DNA of 63,818 nucleotides, counting the filler, from Reticulomyxa filosa (lineage: Eukaryota > Protista > Foraminifera), in the NCBI GenBank assembly GCA_000512085.1. It is 22 parts of 22 records of this genome, joined end to end, with 100 filler letters (N's around TTAATTAATTAA, not from the genome) between each part and the next. Parts side by side here need not be neighbours in the genome. Positions count along the whole stretch, not along the records: positions 35,337 to 46,177 come from ASPP01003157.1; positions 46,278 to 49,964 come from ASPP01010766.1; 20 more parts are not named here. The stretch is one strand, 5' to 3'. The position numbers and the translations under genes are program-made. Under the pieces are notes generated by a model. The model saw nothing but the letters and a program-made list of their open reading frames with translations, was not told the origin of the DNA and searched no databases. Shown here in pieces: positions 37,820 to 50,064 of this stretch. Numbering within the stretch: position 1 is the stretch's first letter; each line of letters begins with the position of its first letter.

Positions 37820-39072
37820 ATGGCCGAGAAAGGAGGAGATGCAGAGGCTCCAGATACTCAGACGCCAGCCTCAAAGCAGACAAAATTAGAACTCTACTTG
37901 CTTCAAATCAACATATATCGAGGAGAGAAGTTAGAGGTTGCCGACTTGAACGGAAAATCCGACCCTTACTGCAAAGTGTGTTTTCAAGCTTGTGACAAAA
38001 CACAAAGGCATGAGTGAGTAAAAGAAAGTGAGCAAAATGACTACAAAACAACAAAACAATTATGGGGAAATCAAATATAGATAATAAGCAACAAACAATT
38101 TTACAAGACGAAAGTGATTGAAAAAAACTTGAACCCAGAATGGAACGAAGAGACGCAATTCTGTTTTTTGGAACCTGTCCAAGAAGTGCGTTTCGAAGTA
38201 TGGGATTGGGATAAATTTACAAAAGGTGATCGAATCGGGAACGTAACTCTTAATGTTTCTGAGTTTTTTAACTCCGGACACAAAGGTATTTTCGTATAAC
38301 GTGCTTTCGAAAACTTTTTTTTATGCGTTTAAAAAAAAAAAAGGGGGGGGAGGGGAGTTAAAAACAAAATGACAACGTATACTTAAGTTTTTTCAAACTA
38401 AAAAAAAATAAGATGAAATAAAAATAAACATTAAAATGGGGTGAAAAGGTTTCAATGGACAACTGCAGTTGAAAGATGTGAAAACAGGGTGGATATATGT
38501 AAAAGTGACTGGACGGGTAATACGCCCGTCGGAATTGGAAGAGCGAATTGGACGGTTGGAGACGACCACAAAAGTCAGTGCGGATAACATTGCATCCAAT
38601 ACACAAACGATTGATAGCTACACGAGAGAAAAAAATACTCTCACTAGCGTTAATAACAACCTTTCAAAAATCCGAAATGATCTGCAAACTCAACAACAAA
38701 ACCTAACCACTGAAGTTGGTAGGCTCACCACCGATGTTCAACAGTTCACCTATGTTGTTGGCCAATTGAACAAGGAAATTCAAATCACGAAGGCACAAGC
38801 GCAAGGTTGTTTGTTTTTTTTTTTATTGAAACAAAATTTAACGAGTGTGATGTGTTTTATTCTTTCATTTTCTTGGGATAAAACAAAAAGACAAAGAAAA
38901 GGATATCAAAAAAAATGAAGTGGAGATCCAAAAAGCTCGGCAAAACCGTACTGAACTGGAAAAAGAAAATAAAGATAAAATTGCTGATGTTGAAAGTATT
39001 AATGACAAGTTGAGAGACAAACAAAAGCAAAAAGATCGCTTGCAAACTGAATTAAAGCAACTTAATCTTTAA
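37820..39072 (+). CDS. C2-domain protein with C-terminal coiled coil, multi-exon
   Basis: LEVADLNGKSDPYCKV, KTKVIEKNLNPEWNE and FEVWDWDKFTKGDRIG retain the Ca-binding aspartates. Confidence 0.9.
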
Positions 39073-39944
39073 TTTTCACTGATCATAATTAAAGATAAAT
39101 TCCTTTTCAATATTTTTTTTCCTGCTACAGCATATGTTTACATTGATTACATATTGGTTGAAGTCATTGTTTATTCTTTTTGATTGCAATATTTTCAACT
39201 TCATATTTTATTTAGGAAAAAAAAATCCAAATTTTAAAGTGAAGTGAAACAAACTCCGTTTTGTAGTATTTATTTTGTAATAATTTCTTGAAAATCTTGA
39301 ATTCATACTTCAAGTTTTCACAAATCGTGATAATTTATATCTGTTGAAAAGTAGTTGCTAGAAGACTTGTGAATATAGTTTTCCCTTGAAAATTGGCTAC
39401 CAGTATGACTGTAATCTCGAATCAAAGCCGTTCTTCCTAGAAAAAAACAGCAATAAAATATTTGAACAAAAAATATTAATATATTCTATTTAGCTAGTTA
39501 GTGGCGCTGTCATCATTATTAAACCAAAAAATGTTGGATTACAGATGTAGTTCCTTTGTCAAAATTAGCTGAATAAAGTAACTCTGCGATACGTAAACTT
39601 TGAAACAATACGATTCCACAATAGTAACAGCAATTGTGTTTTTTATCATATTTTTTTAGTTGCACGATAACTGTTGGAATGGAAAATAGATCCAAAAACT
39701 CATTTTTAAAAAAAATTATCAATATTAATATCATTTATTTTCTTTGTATTTGTTTCTTCTTTTATTTAAATTTTCTCTGATATAATCATTGTAAAATCGT
39801 CGATGTATTTTAAACGTTTCTTACAGTACTGATAGGCGTTTAGTATGAATCACTTCAGTGTCAATATCAATCAAGAATTATATTTTTTGTTTTTTTTACA
39901 GTAGGATAAAAAAGAAAGTTGACACTTAAAATGCCACATTATGG

Positions 39945-40165
39945 TGTAGGGAAAGTTCCTATTATAAATCCCCAACTACTAACGGAACGGTGGGACCCCA
40001 ATGGGTTAAAATCCTCTTCTCAACACAACTCACTTTTTTCTTTGTACTTGTTTCTCTCCTTTTTAGTTTCATTATTCCTTTTTTAATTTACTTTCTTTTA
40101 CCGAAGTTGTTCTTTTGGAACCAAGTTCCTTTCGTATTACACTTAGTCTTCTCACAAGTCCCACA
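39945..40165 (+). mobile_element. Probable solo LTR (221 bp) nested in the left Tc1 TIR
   Basis: Interrupts the TIR; ends TGTAGGGA...TCCCACA (TG..CA with short inverted termini); TATAAAT near its start; no clean target duplication visible. Confidence 0.55.
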
Positions 40166-40500
40166 ATATATATAATTGTGTTTCTACATGAAAAAACAAC
40201 ATTTATACAATTTTTAAAAAATATCTACGAATCGTGTAATTTTTAGACAACATTTGGTTTTTTATTAAGTCTTTACAATTTTTTCCAAAATTGTAATCTT
40301 TCATTTGATTTGGTAAAATTTCTTAAAAAAGTTGACAATCGTATTTTTCTCGTAGTCATGAAATTTGACAATCTTTTTTTAAACAATTTTTGAGATTTTT
40401 CTTTTTTTTTTTTGTTCGATATTGATTTTTGTCATTTTGATTATTTTGTTGCCGAAATATTGATTGACAACCATTAGATGAAAATTCCATAACAAGAAGA

Positions 40501-40953
40501 GTAAAATTTGGTGGTGGAAGCATTTTAGTATAGTCATGTTTTGAGCATTAGTAATAGATTACGCTTAGATGTAGTAAATACTGATATATATAACGAAGTT
40601 TTATCTGACGAAATATAAAGATCATCAATTGCTGCTTAGAAAATAAAGAGAATTTGATTTTCAGCAAGATAATCCAACATGCCATAAATCGGAAAAAATT
40701 ATAAAATAGTTAAAACAAAAAAAAAACAATGCATTTTCTGCAAACACTTGATTTAAATCAATTGAAAATCTTTGGTGAATATTAAAGCAAGTATTCACAA
40801 AAAAGTACCATTTAATACCACTGACAAAATTTAGAACAAATTCGAAACAGAATGTGAAAAAATGTAAACAAATATTTGTAAAACCTTAACAAAGCGACTC
40901 CAAAGAAAATACAGTCAGTTAAAAAAGCCAAAGAAGATTTAACACGTTGGTAA
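40501..40953 (+). pseudogene. Tc1-like DDE transposase C-terminal remnant
   Basis: VKFGGGSILV*SCF (40501), FQQDNPTCHKS (40659), DLN.IENLW*ILK (40761) and KKAKEDLTRW* match Tc1 catalytic-domain motifs; multiple stops and indels. Confidence 0.88.
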
Positions 40954-41831
40954 ACTTGAATTAAATTTTAAAAAACAAATATTATCATACTCAGGCCACA
41001 CAAAAAATTTTTTTAAAGTAAATGAAAGATTAAAATTTTTGAAAAAATTAGAAAGACTTAATAAAAAACTAAAATGATATTTAAAAACTACACGATTCGT
41101 AGATATTTTTAAAAATTTTTTATTAAATGTTGTTTTTTCATGGAGAAACACAATTATCTCTATAATGCGGCATTTTAGGTGTCAGCTTTCTTTTTTATCA
41201 TAATGTAGATTTAATTCGTTCATAGTCACTTATTGTGATCTTCTACATTTGAAGTACTTTTTCTACTTTTATTGATTCTTTTAAAGCAAGTTATAAAACA
41301 ACTACGAATTCGCTTTTTATAGCTAAAAAATAAAGTAGAATGCAAGTAAAGTTGATATGGACATTCAATGTTGAAAAAAGTACTTGCCGATAAAAAAAAA
41401 TTTTTGATAACAAAAAATTGAGTTTTCTCAAAAACTACGCAACGCAGAAGGCTAATTTTTTTAAAAAATATCTACGCACTAAGCACTTTATGAAAATAAA
41501 AAAAGAAAAATAAATGACAAAATATTGAAATAATTAGTAAATATATAATAAAAAGATTTTTTATAGCATTAATTCGCTATATTCATGTATGATAAAAGTA
41601 TTGCATACCAAAATGGTACTTAGGAGATGATCGATTTTCTATTTGAAAAATCAGCATTTCTTTCACACTATTCATTTTGCATTGCTTTCTTGATCAGCCA
41701 ACAGGCTACAACGATTACCAAATCAGTACTTTTATTAGAGAAAAATTGACGGAGAACAAATTTTACAAAGCGTTTGCAAGCGGTCCAAATTTTATTTTGA
41801 TTTTTCCTAGAAAAATTCACAGATTACGAAG

Positions 41832-42575
41832 ATGGGTCTGAAGACAGTGGATGCTTTTGTGAAGCAAAGTGGCAAACAGCATGTGATAAGCGTTTATCGG
41901 AAAAGAGGAAAAAATTATTTTCAAGCGACTGTTCCACCATTAAATGAATTAAAAAACATGACACGACTAGGACAAGTGCCTCCTCTTCGACCGTTTCGAA
42001 ACGGCTACTTTGTAGGTCGTGTGATAGCATGTCGAAACGCAAAAACGGCGACAGTGCTAATGTCGACAGGGAAATGGCAGCCTTATCGCTGGCAGAAAAC
42101 GACATGGGGTATTGAGGGTTCAAAAAAATATCACATTCATGACGAATACGAAATTACCAATCCAGGAGATATTGTAATGTTTTGCCAGGCCAATCCACCT
42201 TTTAGTAAAATAAAAAAATTTGGATTGGTGGAAGTGATACGACCTGCACCCATCTGGGAAGATTATCCCGCGTGGGAAGGCACAACAGAAGGTGACTTCC
42301 ACGTAGCACATCCTAGCGACCCTGATCGAGATGATATCCAAAGCCACACTCAGAGACTGATGAAAATGGCACAAGAGAAGAAAGATCGTGTACACCAACA
42401 ATTGAAAGAAATTTCGACGCCTGCCGAGGGTCAAGGAGAAGCTAAAGAACAGAAGAAAATCCACGACTTCCAAAAATTGCGTCAACGACACAATACTGCT
42501 AAACGAAAATTAAAAGATGTGTCTATCAAAAAACTCAAAGCTTGGGAAGACCAAGTCACCAAATACGGTGTATAA
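41832..42575 (+). CDS. Organellar (probably mitochondrial) ribosomal protein uS17 with extensions
   Basis: FVGRVIACRNAKTATV...KKYHIHDE...PGDIV.F....PFSKIKKFGLVEVI is the bacterial-type S17 pattern; intronless, 247 aa. Confidence 0.8.
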   Translation: MGLKTVDAFVKQSGKQHVISVYRKRGKNYFQATVPPLNELKNMTRLGQVPPLRPFRNGYFVGRVIACRNAKTATVLMSTGKWQPYRWQKTTWGIEGSKKYHIHDEYEITNPGDIVMFCQANPPFSKIKKFGLVEVIRPAPIWEDYPAWEGTTEGDFHVAHPSDPDRDDIQSHTQRLMKMAQEKKDRVHQQLKEISTPAEGQGEAKEQKKIHDFQKLRQRHNTAKRKLKDVSIKKLKAWEDQVTKYGV

Positions 42576-42906
42576 TTGGTCTGCTCTTTTATTAATTTTT
42601 TTTTTTCATTATTCGTTATTATTCTCATCTATTTCTCTCACAAGGAAAACAGTTTAAGATAATATTGCTGACGGGAGCCAAAACAGACGTCAACCATTCT
42701 TGCAAAAAACAAATACAATTTCAACAAGAACAATCTTATTTCTTATCTTAGTTCCAATCTGATTTTAAAATTTTTTCTTTTAGAAACACTCACTTAAGTT
42801 TTTTACATTCGAAGCACTACTTGTTCATTTTTGCTGTTGTCTTAAACTGTCATTTCATTTGAAAAACTGTTTTTGCAGGGCCCAACTAAGTGCAGTTGAT
42901 TGAAAA

Positions 42907-43511
42907 TTATGATCTTAATACAAAAAATCCTTCCTTGATGCTCAATTGCTCCGCAACAAGCGCGATCTGTGTTTCAGACAGAGGTGTAGGACAAGCTCCT
43001 ACTCGCATGCAATTCAATGTTCCACTGGCCACGGCATGTTTCAAAGCCAACTTTAAGTCGTTGTGAGCTTGCCAGTAAGCAATAAAGGCTCCTCCAAAGG
43101 CATCACCAGCACCAGTGGTGTCAACGACATTGAACTGACAACTGCTATTGGAGTTTTCATTCTCTTTGGCTTCGACGACTGGAAGCTTAAGTGTTTTGAT
43201 GTGTTGGCCAAGGCTACATTGAACAAACTGACCATTCGGTTGCACGCACAAGGCACCTTTTTCCCCTTGTTTGATTACCAAGATAGGGTCTTTTGTTGTT
43301 GTTTCTTTTTGCGTGGTGCGTTTTTTAATATTTAAAAAATAATGGCAAATCATATCTTCCAATTTTTCAGAGACTTTCCACCATGCGTTGATACAACGTA
43401 TTCCAATTCTTGTTCATTCACAAACAACACATCAATCTATTCGTTTCAAAATTTCAATGAGCTGTGAAATTTTTTTTTGGGGTATTGATTAATAAATAAA
43501 ATTTTTATTCA

Positions 43512-43547
<36 letters not shown>

Positions 43548-44313
43548 CAACATAATTTCTTTAAATTTGTTTATTTTTAACCCAAATTAATAATTCGAAC
43601 AGCAGTTTCATTACAGGGTGAGTTCCTCCTTGTTGAACAATATCAGTGAGGGGGGTTTGAGTGTCCAAAGAAAGGGTAATGGATTGCTCCTTGCACTTGG
43701 AGACAAACTTGAGAAAGTGCTTGTCCTTGTGCAAGCCAATGCTATTGTAATACCCACCAAAATGGATGTGGCTCAAGTTTGGTATGTTCATAGCCTGTCT
43801 CACATCTAAACTTTGGGTTTCCACCTCTGATTGCTCTGTGGGAGATTTTTTGACTTCGGTTGGTGACAATAACAATGCTGTGCAAAGACAATTCAATGCA
43901 TTGTTGCATGTAACAAAAGTTCGCTCTTTCAACACGGCCGAAGATAATACAATGCATGTTGGGGTGCAGTACGTGTTTAATGAAACTACTCGATCAAAGT
44001 GACAATGCTCATTCGACACCATTGACAGCAATAGCTTGCCATTTCTGTCATTACCAATACAAGATATTAAGTACACTTCTTGGTTTAGTCCAACAAAATT
44101 TGCCATTTGTCGTGCCATATTGCCTGCGCTTCCTCCAGGCAGCAAGCTGATTGAAGGTACTATGTTGTCCTCATTCCATCCTGGAAGCTTTTTCAGTCCG
44201 TCCGTTTGAATGTCCAAAAAAAAGTCACCAATAACTGTGATACAATTGCGCTTTTTTTTGTTAGAAGTACTGTCTGCCTTGTCTTTGTTGTTAGAATCCG
44301 ATACCACACTCAT
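42907..44313 (-). CDS. PfkB family carbohydrate kinase, multi-exon
   Basis: PGGSAGNMA...IGNDRNG (signature 1), VIKQGEKGA, VVDTTGAGDAFGGAF (signature 2). Confidence 0.9.
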
Positions 44314-45321
44314 ATCTGCAAAATTATTTCGAAAGGGAGCCAGCTTTTTCACTGTGAATTGACCACTTCACGTTTGGTGTTGTTTCACTTGAAATGCTCT
44401 CTTATATCTCTTCAATTTGTCTTTGGCACAATTCTCTTTCAAGCATTTTCTTGGCAATGTCTTGGATTACCGCTATTCGTATGCATATTTTTTTTGTATA
44501 AAAAAATTGCAAACATGCAATACTCATTTTATACAAGATCATAATTCCGTAGCACGAACAATTTAAATGTATTATTTGATGTTTAAATTTATCTTTGAAA
44601 ACTCATCTTTACTGCAACAATGCATTATGTTCAAAATACTTTAGAATCTCGTCAAAATGCGAACACAAAGCACTACATATATAATGAATCACACAAATAG
44701 TTGAAAATGTGTCAAAGCAAAAACATAAAAGCGAAGGAATGTTTATTCATTGTTGCAATAATTGCGTTTTCATCGTTTTTGCTTGTTTACCTCTTGTTAT
44801 TCCATGTTAACATTTGCTATGTTTCGTTTTTATCTTTAAAAATAAGAAAAGAAAAAGTAAAAATGGAACCTGTCTAACATGGAGAAATGAAAGGATGAAA
44901 AGTCCAATTTGATAGAAACACAAAACAAAAAATATCTAAAACAGATCAAAACAATGTCTACAACGTGCACATGATACATTATAAAATAGTTAAAATGAAT
45001 TAGGTCTTGTACGATATTCAGTAATAAATGAGTGTTTTCGAACACGTACTGGCTTTCGTTTGCATAGCAAGTCAGTATCTACGCTGACAAAAATTCACAC
45101 AAAAAAAGTTTACGACACGATAGCTGTGTTCCGTAACCTAAAAAAAAATCTAATTTCGAAAATGCTGACATGCATTCGTTCCATCGACAAATATCATCTT
45201 GAATGTAAGTGTATCTATTTAAGAGTTATAGACATTAGCAATCATGTTAGTACGTTTGGACGTTTCTTCAAAAAAATAAAAAATAAAAAATAAAAAAACA
45301 AACACGCACACAAACACAGCG

Positions 45322-46177
45322 TTGCAGACAGAAGAAGAGCAGAGTCGAAGCAAAAAGAAAGAAGGTGCAGAAATGTGGAAGGTATCGACTGAAACGGAAA
45401 ACAATAAAATGGATTTAAGCAATGGCAACGATAATGAGAATGGAAAAACAGTAACAAATGTGCCAGTGATTTATTATTCAGGATCATCGAATAATACAAC
45501 ATGTATAAATACCAGTGATTATGATGGGCCTTATGAGAAGGATAGTGCATCCCACTCGCAATCGCAATCGCAATCGCAATCCCAGTTCCAATCTTTGGAA
45601 GGACAAAGTCAAAGTCAAGATATGAGCAGAGAAGCAAGTATGAATACAGATCAGAAAAAGTGTGTAAGCAATTTGGCAATGAGTTGTGGATCGAATGATT
45701 TGTCAGTAGAAATGGGAATGGGAATGGGAATGGGAATGGGAATGGAAATGAGAATGGGCATAGGAATGAATATAGGAATAGAAATGGAAACAAAAGAAAT
45801 GGAAATGAAAAAAGAACAAAAAAAGGAAGTCAAAGCAGAACAAGAAATAGAAACAGAAACAAAAAGACAAATGACAAGAGATGATGAACATAGAATGAGT
45901 GGCAATGAGATCAATATGCAAAAGCAACAGACATCTAATGCGAATTGCAAAGAGAGACAAGTGATTAATGCCAAATCCTTTGACACAGTCCTCGTGATTT
46001 CCCTTCGTGTTCTCCTCCCCCTCCTCCTCCTCTCCCTTCTTCCGCGTTCACATTGCGCTTTCCTCCTTCTCCCCCTGCTTCATCACCTTCTTCTCCTTCT
46101 TCTCCTCCTCTTTCTTCCTCGTCTATGCCTTCTGATTTTGCTTCTGCTTCTTCTGCTGCTGCTTCTTCTTCTTCTTC
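45322..46177 (+). CDS. Low-complexity hypothetical protein exon (SQ and MG repeats), partial
   Basis: Long ORF with (SQ)n and (MG)n. Upstream small exons at ~45000-45205 are likely. The CT-rich 3' part may be frameshifted. Confidence 0.45.
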
Positions 46178-46339
46178 NNNNNNNNNNNNNNNNNNNNNNN
46201 NNNNNNNNNNNNNNNNNNNNNTTAATTAATTAANNNNNNNNNNNNNNNNNNNNNNNNNNNNNNNNNNNNNNNNNNNNTTTTTTTTTTTTTTTTTAATTGT
46301 TATTATTTGGCAACAAAATTGAGAACAACAAATAAAAAA

Positions 46340-47091
46340 AAGTAAAATTACAAATAATGGATTGAGATTTGGATTGTTCTGTAGGCTTCGTAGACAATCG
46401 AAGTTGTTCGACTTTCATTCGAATTTGATTTATTACATCGAGACTCGTTGGTATCAATTGTTTGACATATTCCTTTTTTTTTTTTTTTTTGTGTGTGTTG
46501 TTTTGTTCTCATTTGCATCGTAAAATAATGTAATGGTATAAGACATGGTGTAGTCAACTTCATCATATGGTTCACTGCAATGAGCACACACATTTTTTAA
46601 CTCGCCACCATCTGTTTTTCGCTTTTCTTCCTTTTTTTTTTTCTATTTGTTCTGAAAAAAAAAAAAAAAAAAAAAAAACGCAAAAAAAAATTTATTCTCA
46701 AAGTCGTAACTTTCCACGAACTGAAACACTTTTTGCATATCGAAAACGGACATTTCTAACATTTTTTGTTTTTTAATGTTGGTTCAATCCTTTTCTTTGT
46801 TTTGTCTTTCACACTCCGTATTTCACAAACAAACCTGACAGGGTATAAAATTTAATTCTTCGTCTTTTGTTGTCGTGATGTTCGTTTTGTCAATAATCGT
46901 ATGTTAGAAACAAATGCATACACTTTTTTAAATAGGTTAATCTATTCTTTTTTTTGGCACGTATTACTACCGGTTTTTGTTGTGAAACAAATGTTACAGT
47001 GCAACCGATAGGTCTTATTTTCCACTACCACTTCGTCAATAGTGGACAGGGAAGAAATGGAAACTGTATCATCATCGTTTTGATTGGACAT
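46340..47091 (-). CDS. Hypothetical multi-exon protein
   Basis: Manual translation gives MSNQNDDDTVSISSLSTIDEVVVENK, MLEMSVFDMQKVFQFVESYDFENK and VCAHCSEPYDEVDY, separated by T/A-run segments. Confidence 0.4.
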
Positions 47092-47796
47092 TCCTTGGAA
47101 ATTACATCAAACTTTTTTGAGGAAGAGCCTGTTTTACGTCTTTTTCAAAATTTTTGAGTGTGACCGGTAACACAAATACTCAGAAAAAAAACATATACTT
47201 TTATATTTAAAACCTTAATGATTATTTTTCCGCGAGCATATTGTGGTTTTAAATTAATTAAAATACTTTTGTTGTAACAAGGAAAAAGTGTGTAAATTAT
47301 TCGGATGATTCAGGGACACCAGTTTCTAAAAGTTTTAGGACGAAATGGCCCGCATATTATTATGCTGTGGTCTTTTCCTATTGCATTGCGATATTTGTTG
47401 TTACATTTTATCATTTTGCTCAAACAGCCGATCTTTCTATTCTATTACTGGAGAGGCTTTTCAACACGCACAACAAGACTAGTTCTTTTTTTCCTATTCT
47501 TTTAACAAGTGCTACAGTATAATGTGCCAATGTTCATCCAATATTTTCATCCTAAGTATAAGGAAATTTGGCCATAAGACAGCATCTAATAATTGTTTGT
47601 CTTAGCAATTGTCAAGTTTGTGAAGATTCGGCGTGATAACTTTTAACTTTTTTGAGCAAAAAGTTTGCTTTTGTTAAGCGAAAGAGAAAAGTTTACTGTG
47701 ATCATGAAGCCAAAGTGATAAAAGGCCTTCAATAAAATTTAACTTTGAAAAAAAACGGAATAAAACACCTTAAAATTTTTTAAAAGGAGATATAGT

Positions 47797-49382
47797 TTAT
47801 TTGGTAACACGATATTTTTTGACTTGGTCCAACAACTGCTTAGCATATTTGTCGTTTTTGAAATGACTTCGGACAGGCTCCAGGAAGCTGTTGATAGCCT
47901 CTGCTAAGCTGGGCTTCAAATCTCCAGGATGCAAATTGCCTTCCGCGTAATCTTTTTCCAGCTATAACATATTTACAAATTAAACAACGGTCTTGGAGGT
48001 TATATTTGAATATTGTTTCAAAAGCAAGAAAAAAATATAAAAAAATAAACTTGTTCGTAAGAAGTGTAAATCAAATCTCCGCCATGTTCAGGTTTGCGTT
48101 TGACGACAAATTGTTCTAATTTGCCAAAGACAATATGCTTCACGTAATCTAAGCAAGGATTGTTTGCGATTTCTTTGGGTGGACAGAAAGCTTGCTTAAT
48201 TTTTTTATTGACATCATGAGCTTCATCTTCCATGAAGATGGCACTATCGGGATCGGATTTGCTCATTTTTTCTTGGCCTTCTTTCAGTCCCATAAGCATA
48301 TGATGGGAAATGACAATCGGCGATCGTAATTTCTGTTTCGTAGCGTATTCGCGTGCGAGCATATTAACTTTTCTTTGGTCCATTCCCAATTGACAAATAT
48401 CTGCTTTCAAAAAGAATATGTCGGCGCATTGCATGCAAGCATACATTAAGTGGGCAGTGGGCATGTCATCTGACTCGGTGCGACCAAGAATGGTGCAACA
48501 GCGTTTCGTACGAGTGATATTGAAATGTTTGGAAATATCCATCACTCGTAGCCAATACTCATTGGCATGTTCATTGATTTCATCCGAGCACCATCTGAGT
48601 TATTATATCACAGACAATTATTTTGATTACATTAAATGATAAATAATAATCATACAAAAATTGTTTTATTTATTTATTTATTTTTTTTGTTGTCAATGTA
48701 ATGTATTTAATTGTATTAAGTACTTTTTTTCAACTCAACTTAAAGTACACATGAGTCATATCCATTCCTGCTGCCTTCCATACTTCAATCAAATATTTCC
48801 CCACTGTTTGTATTTTATTTAGATCTCCGTCCATTTTGTTGTTCAACAATGCAAACCAATCTGCTACCCAAAATACAAAATCCACTCCCGATTTCGTCAG
48901 CTTGTTCACATTGATTGCCTTCAATATACCTTGTGCTATGTGCATTCGACCTGACGGCTCAAATCCATCGTATGCAATTGGTCGAGTTCGCTTGTTTTTT
49001 AATAGTTTTTCTAATTCGTCCAGCTGCACCACTTCTTCACCTACACTGGCACATAATCTCACGCGCTGAGATAATTCCAGTTCATTTGTTGGATTTGGCA
49101 GTGTTCCTGGCTCTTTCTTTTCACCACTTTCTGCCTTGTTACTTTTTTTTCTTTTTTGTTTCATACAACCCCCCAATCACTGTTATCATAAAAAGCCCGA
49201 AATTTTAATCAATAGATTTTTCTGAGGAAATTTCTTTGAAAAATTATTACCAGAATTATCCTTTTTTTGTTCAGTTTTCTTGGAAGATTCATTTGATTTT
49301 GATGAGCCTTTGGAGAAGATGTGCAACAAGTGTCAAGTAATTTAAGAGCTTCCTCTACATGCTGAATAGTAGAGGATGTCAT
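47797..49382 (-). CDS. TyrRS: Cytosolic tyrosyl-tRNA synthetase (plant/protist archaeal-like type), multi-exon
   Basis: AYDGFEPSGRMHIAQG (HIGH), FWVADWFA, CQLGMDQRKVNMLAREY, KMSKSDPDSAIFM, LHPGDLKP; stop at 47797-47799. Confidence 0.96.
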
Positions 49383-50064
49383 GTTTAACTTTAATTAGAT
49401 TTGTATAAATTCTACTCAAAACAACTCTGTGAAGGGGGTACCTCGAATAAAATAGTTCAAAGTCGTTTGGCACAACCACGCCTCTTGGATATTTCTAAAC
49501 TTACTGCTATTCAAGGTAACAAAATTTATCACTTTAATCAACATTTTTTTGCATATCCGTTTCATTGAATTGGAACTAAAATACTGTTTCAGACAAAGCA
49601 CTTTCCAAAAAAAAAAATTTTTTTAAATGTATTTGGACGAGTTGGGTTGTTTCTACATCTTGTTCAAATTTGTTTAAAATTCGTAAGCAAAGTTTAAATG
49701 AAAAAGTACTGTATTTGAAATAGTGAAATTAACTGTTATTGCAGATCAATTTTCATCAAATTGGATAATTATTATATAGTCTGAAATAGGACAATTGAGC
49801 ATGTGAAAAACAAAACTGTATAATGCATGTTGTATGGATATGTTCGCTCAGATGATAATTTTTATCACTTCATGTAAAAAGAAAAATAAATTTTTTTATA
49901 GATTCAACGCGCAATCAGCGCTAAGCTTACAAGCAAATTTGCACACCTATCCAAACTGGACTTANNNNNNNNNNNNNNNNNNNNNNNNNNNNNNNNNNNN
50001 NNNNNNNNTTAATTAATTAANNNNNNNNNNNNNNNNNNNNNNNNNNNNNNNNNNNNNNNNNNNN

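Larger units (their letters stand above)
39899..41205 (+). mobile_element. Internally deleted Tc1/mariner transposon with ~190-bp TIRs and TA flanks
   Basis: Left end TA|CAGTAGGATAAAAAAGAAAGTTGACACTTAAAATGCC (39899) matches the reverse complement of 41160-41205, which is followed by TA. 40172-40308 is the inverse of 41018-41157. A transposase remnant lies between them. Confidence 0.88.

Noticed and set aside
45960-46177. Glu/Gly-rich antisense gene or poly-Leu membrane segment
   Set aside because: A CT-rich low-complexity tract gives open frames on both strands; no independent support.
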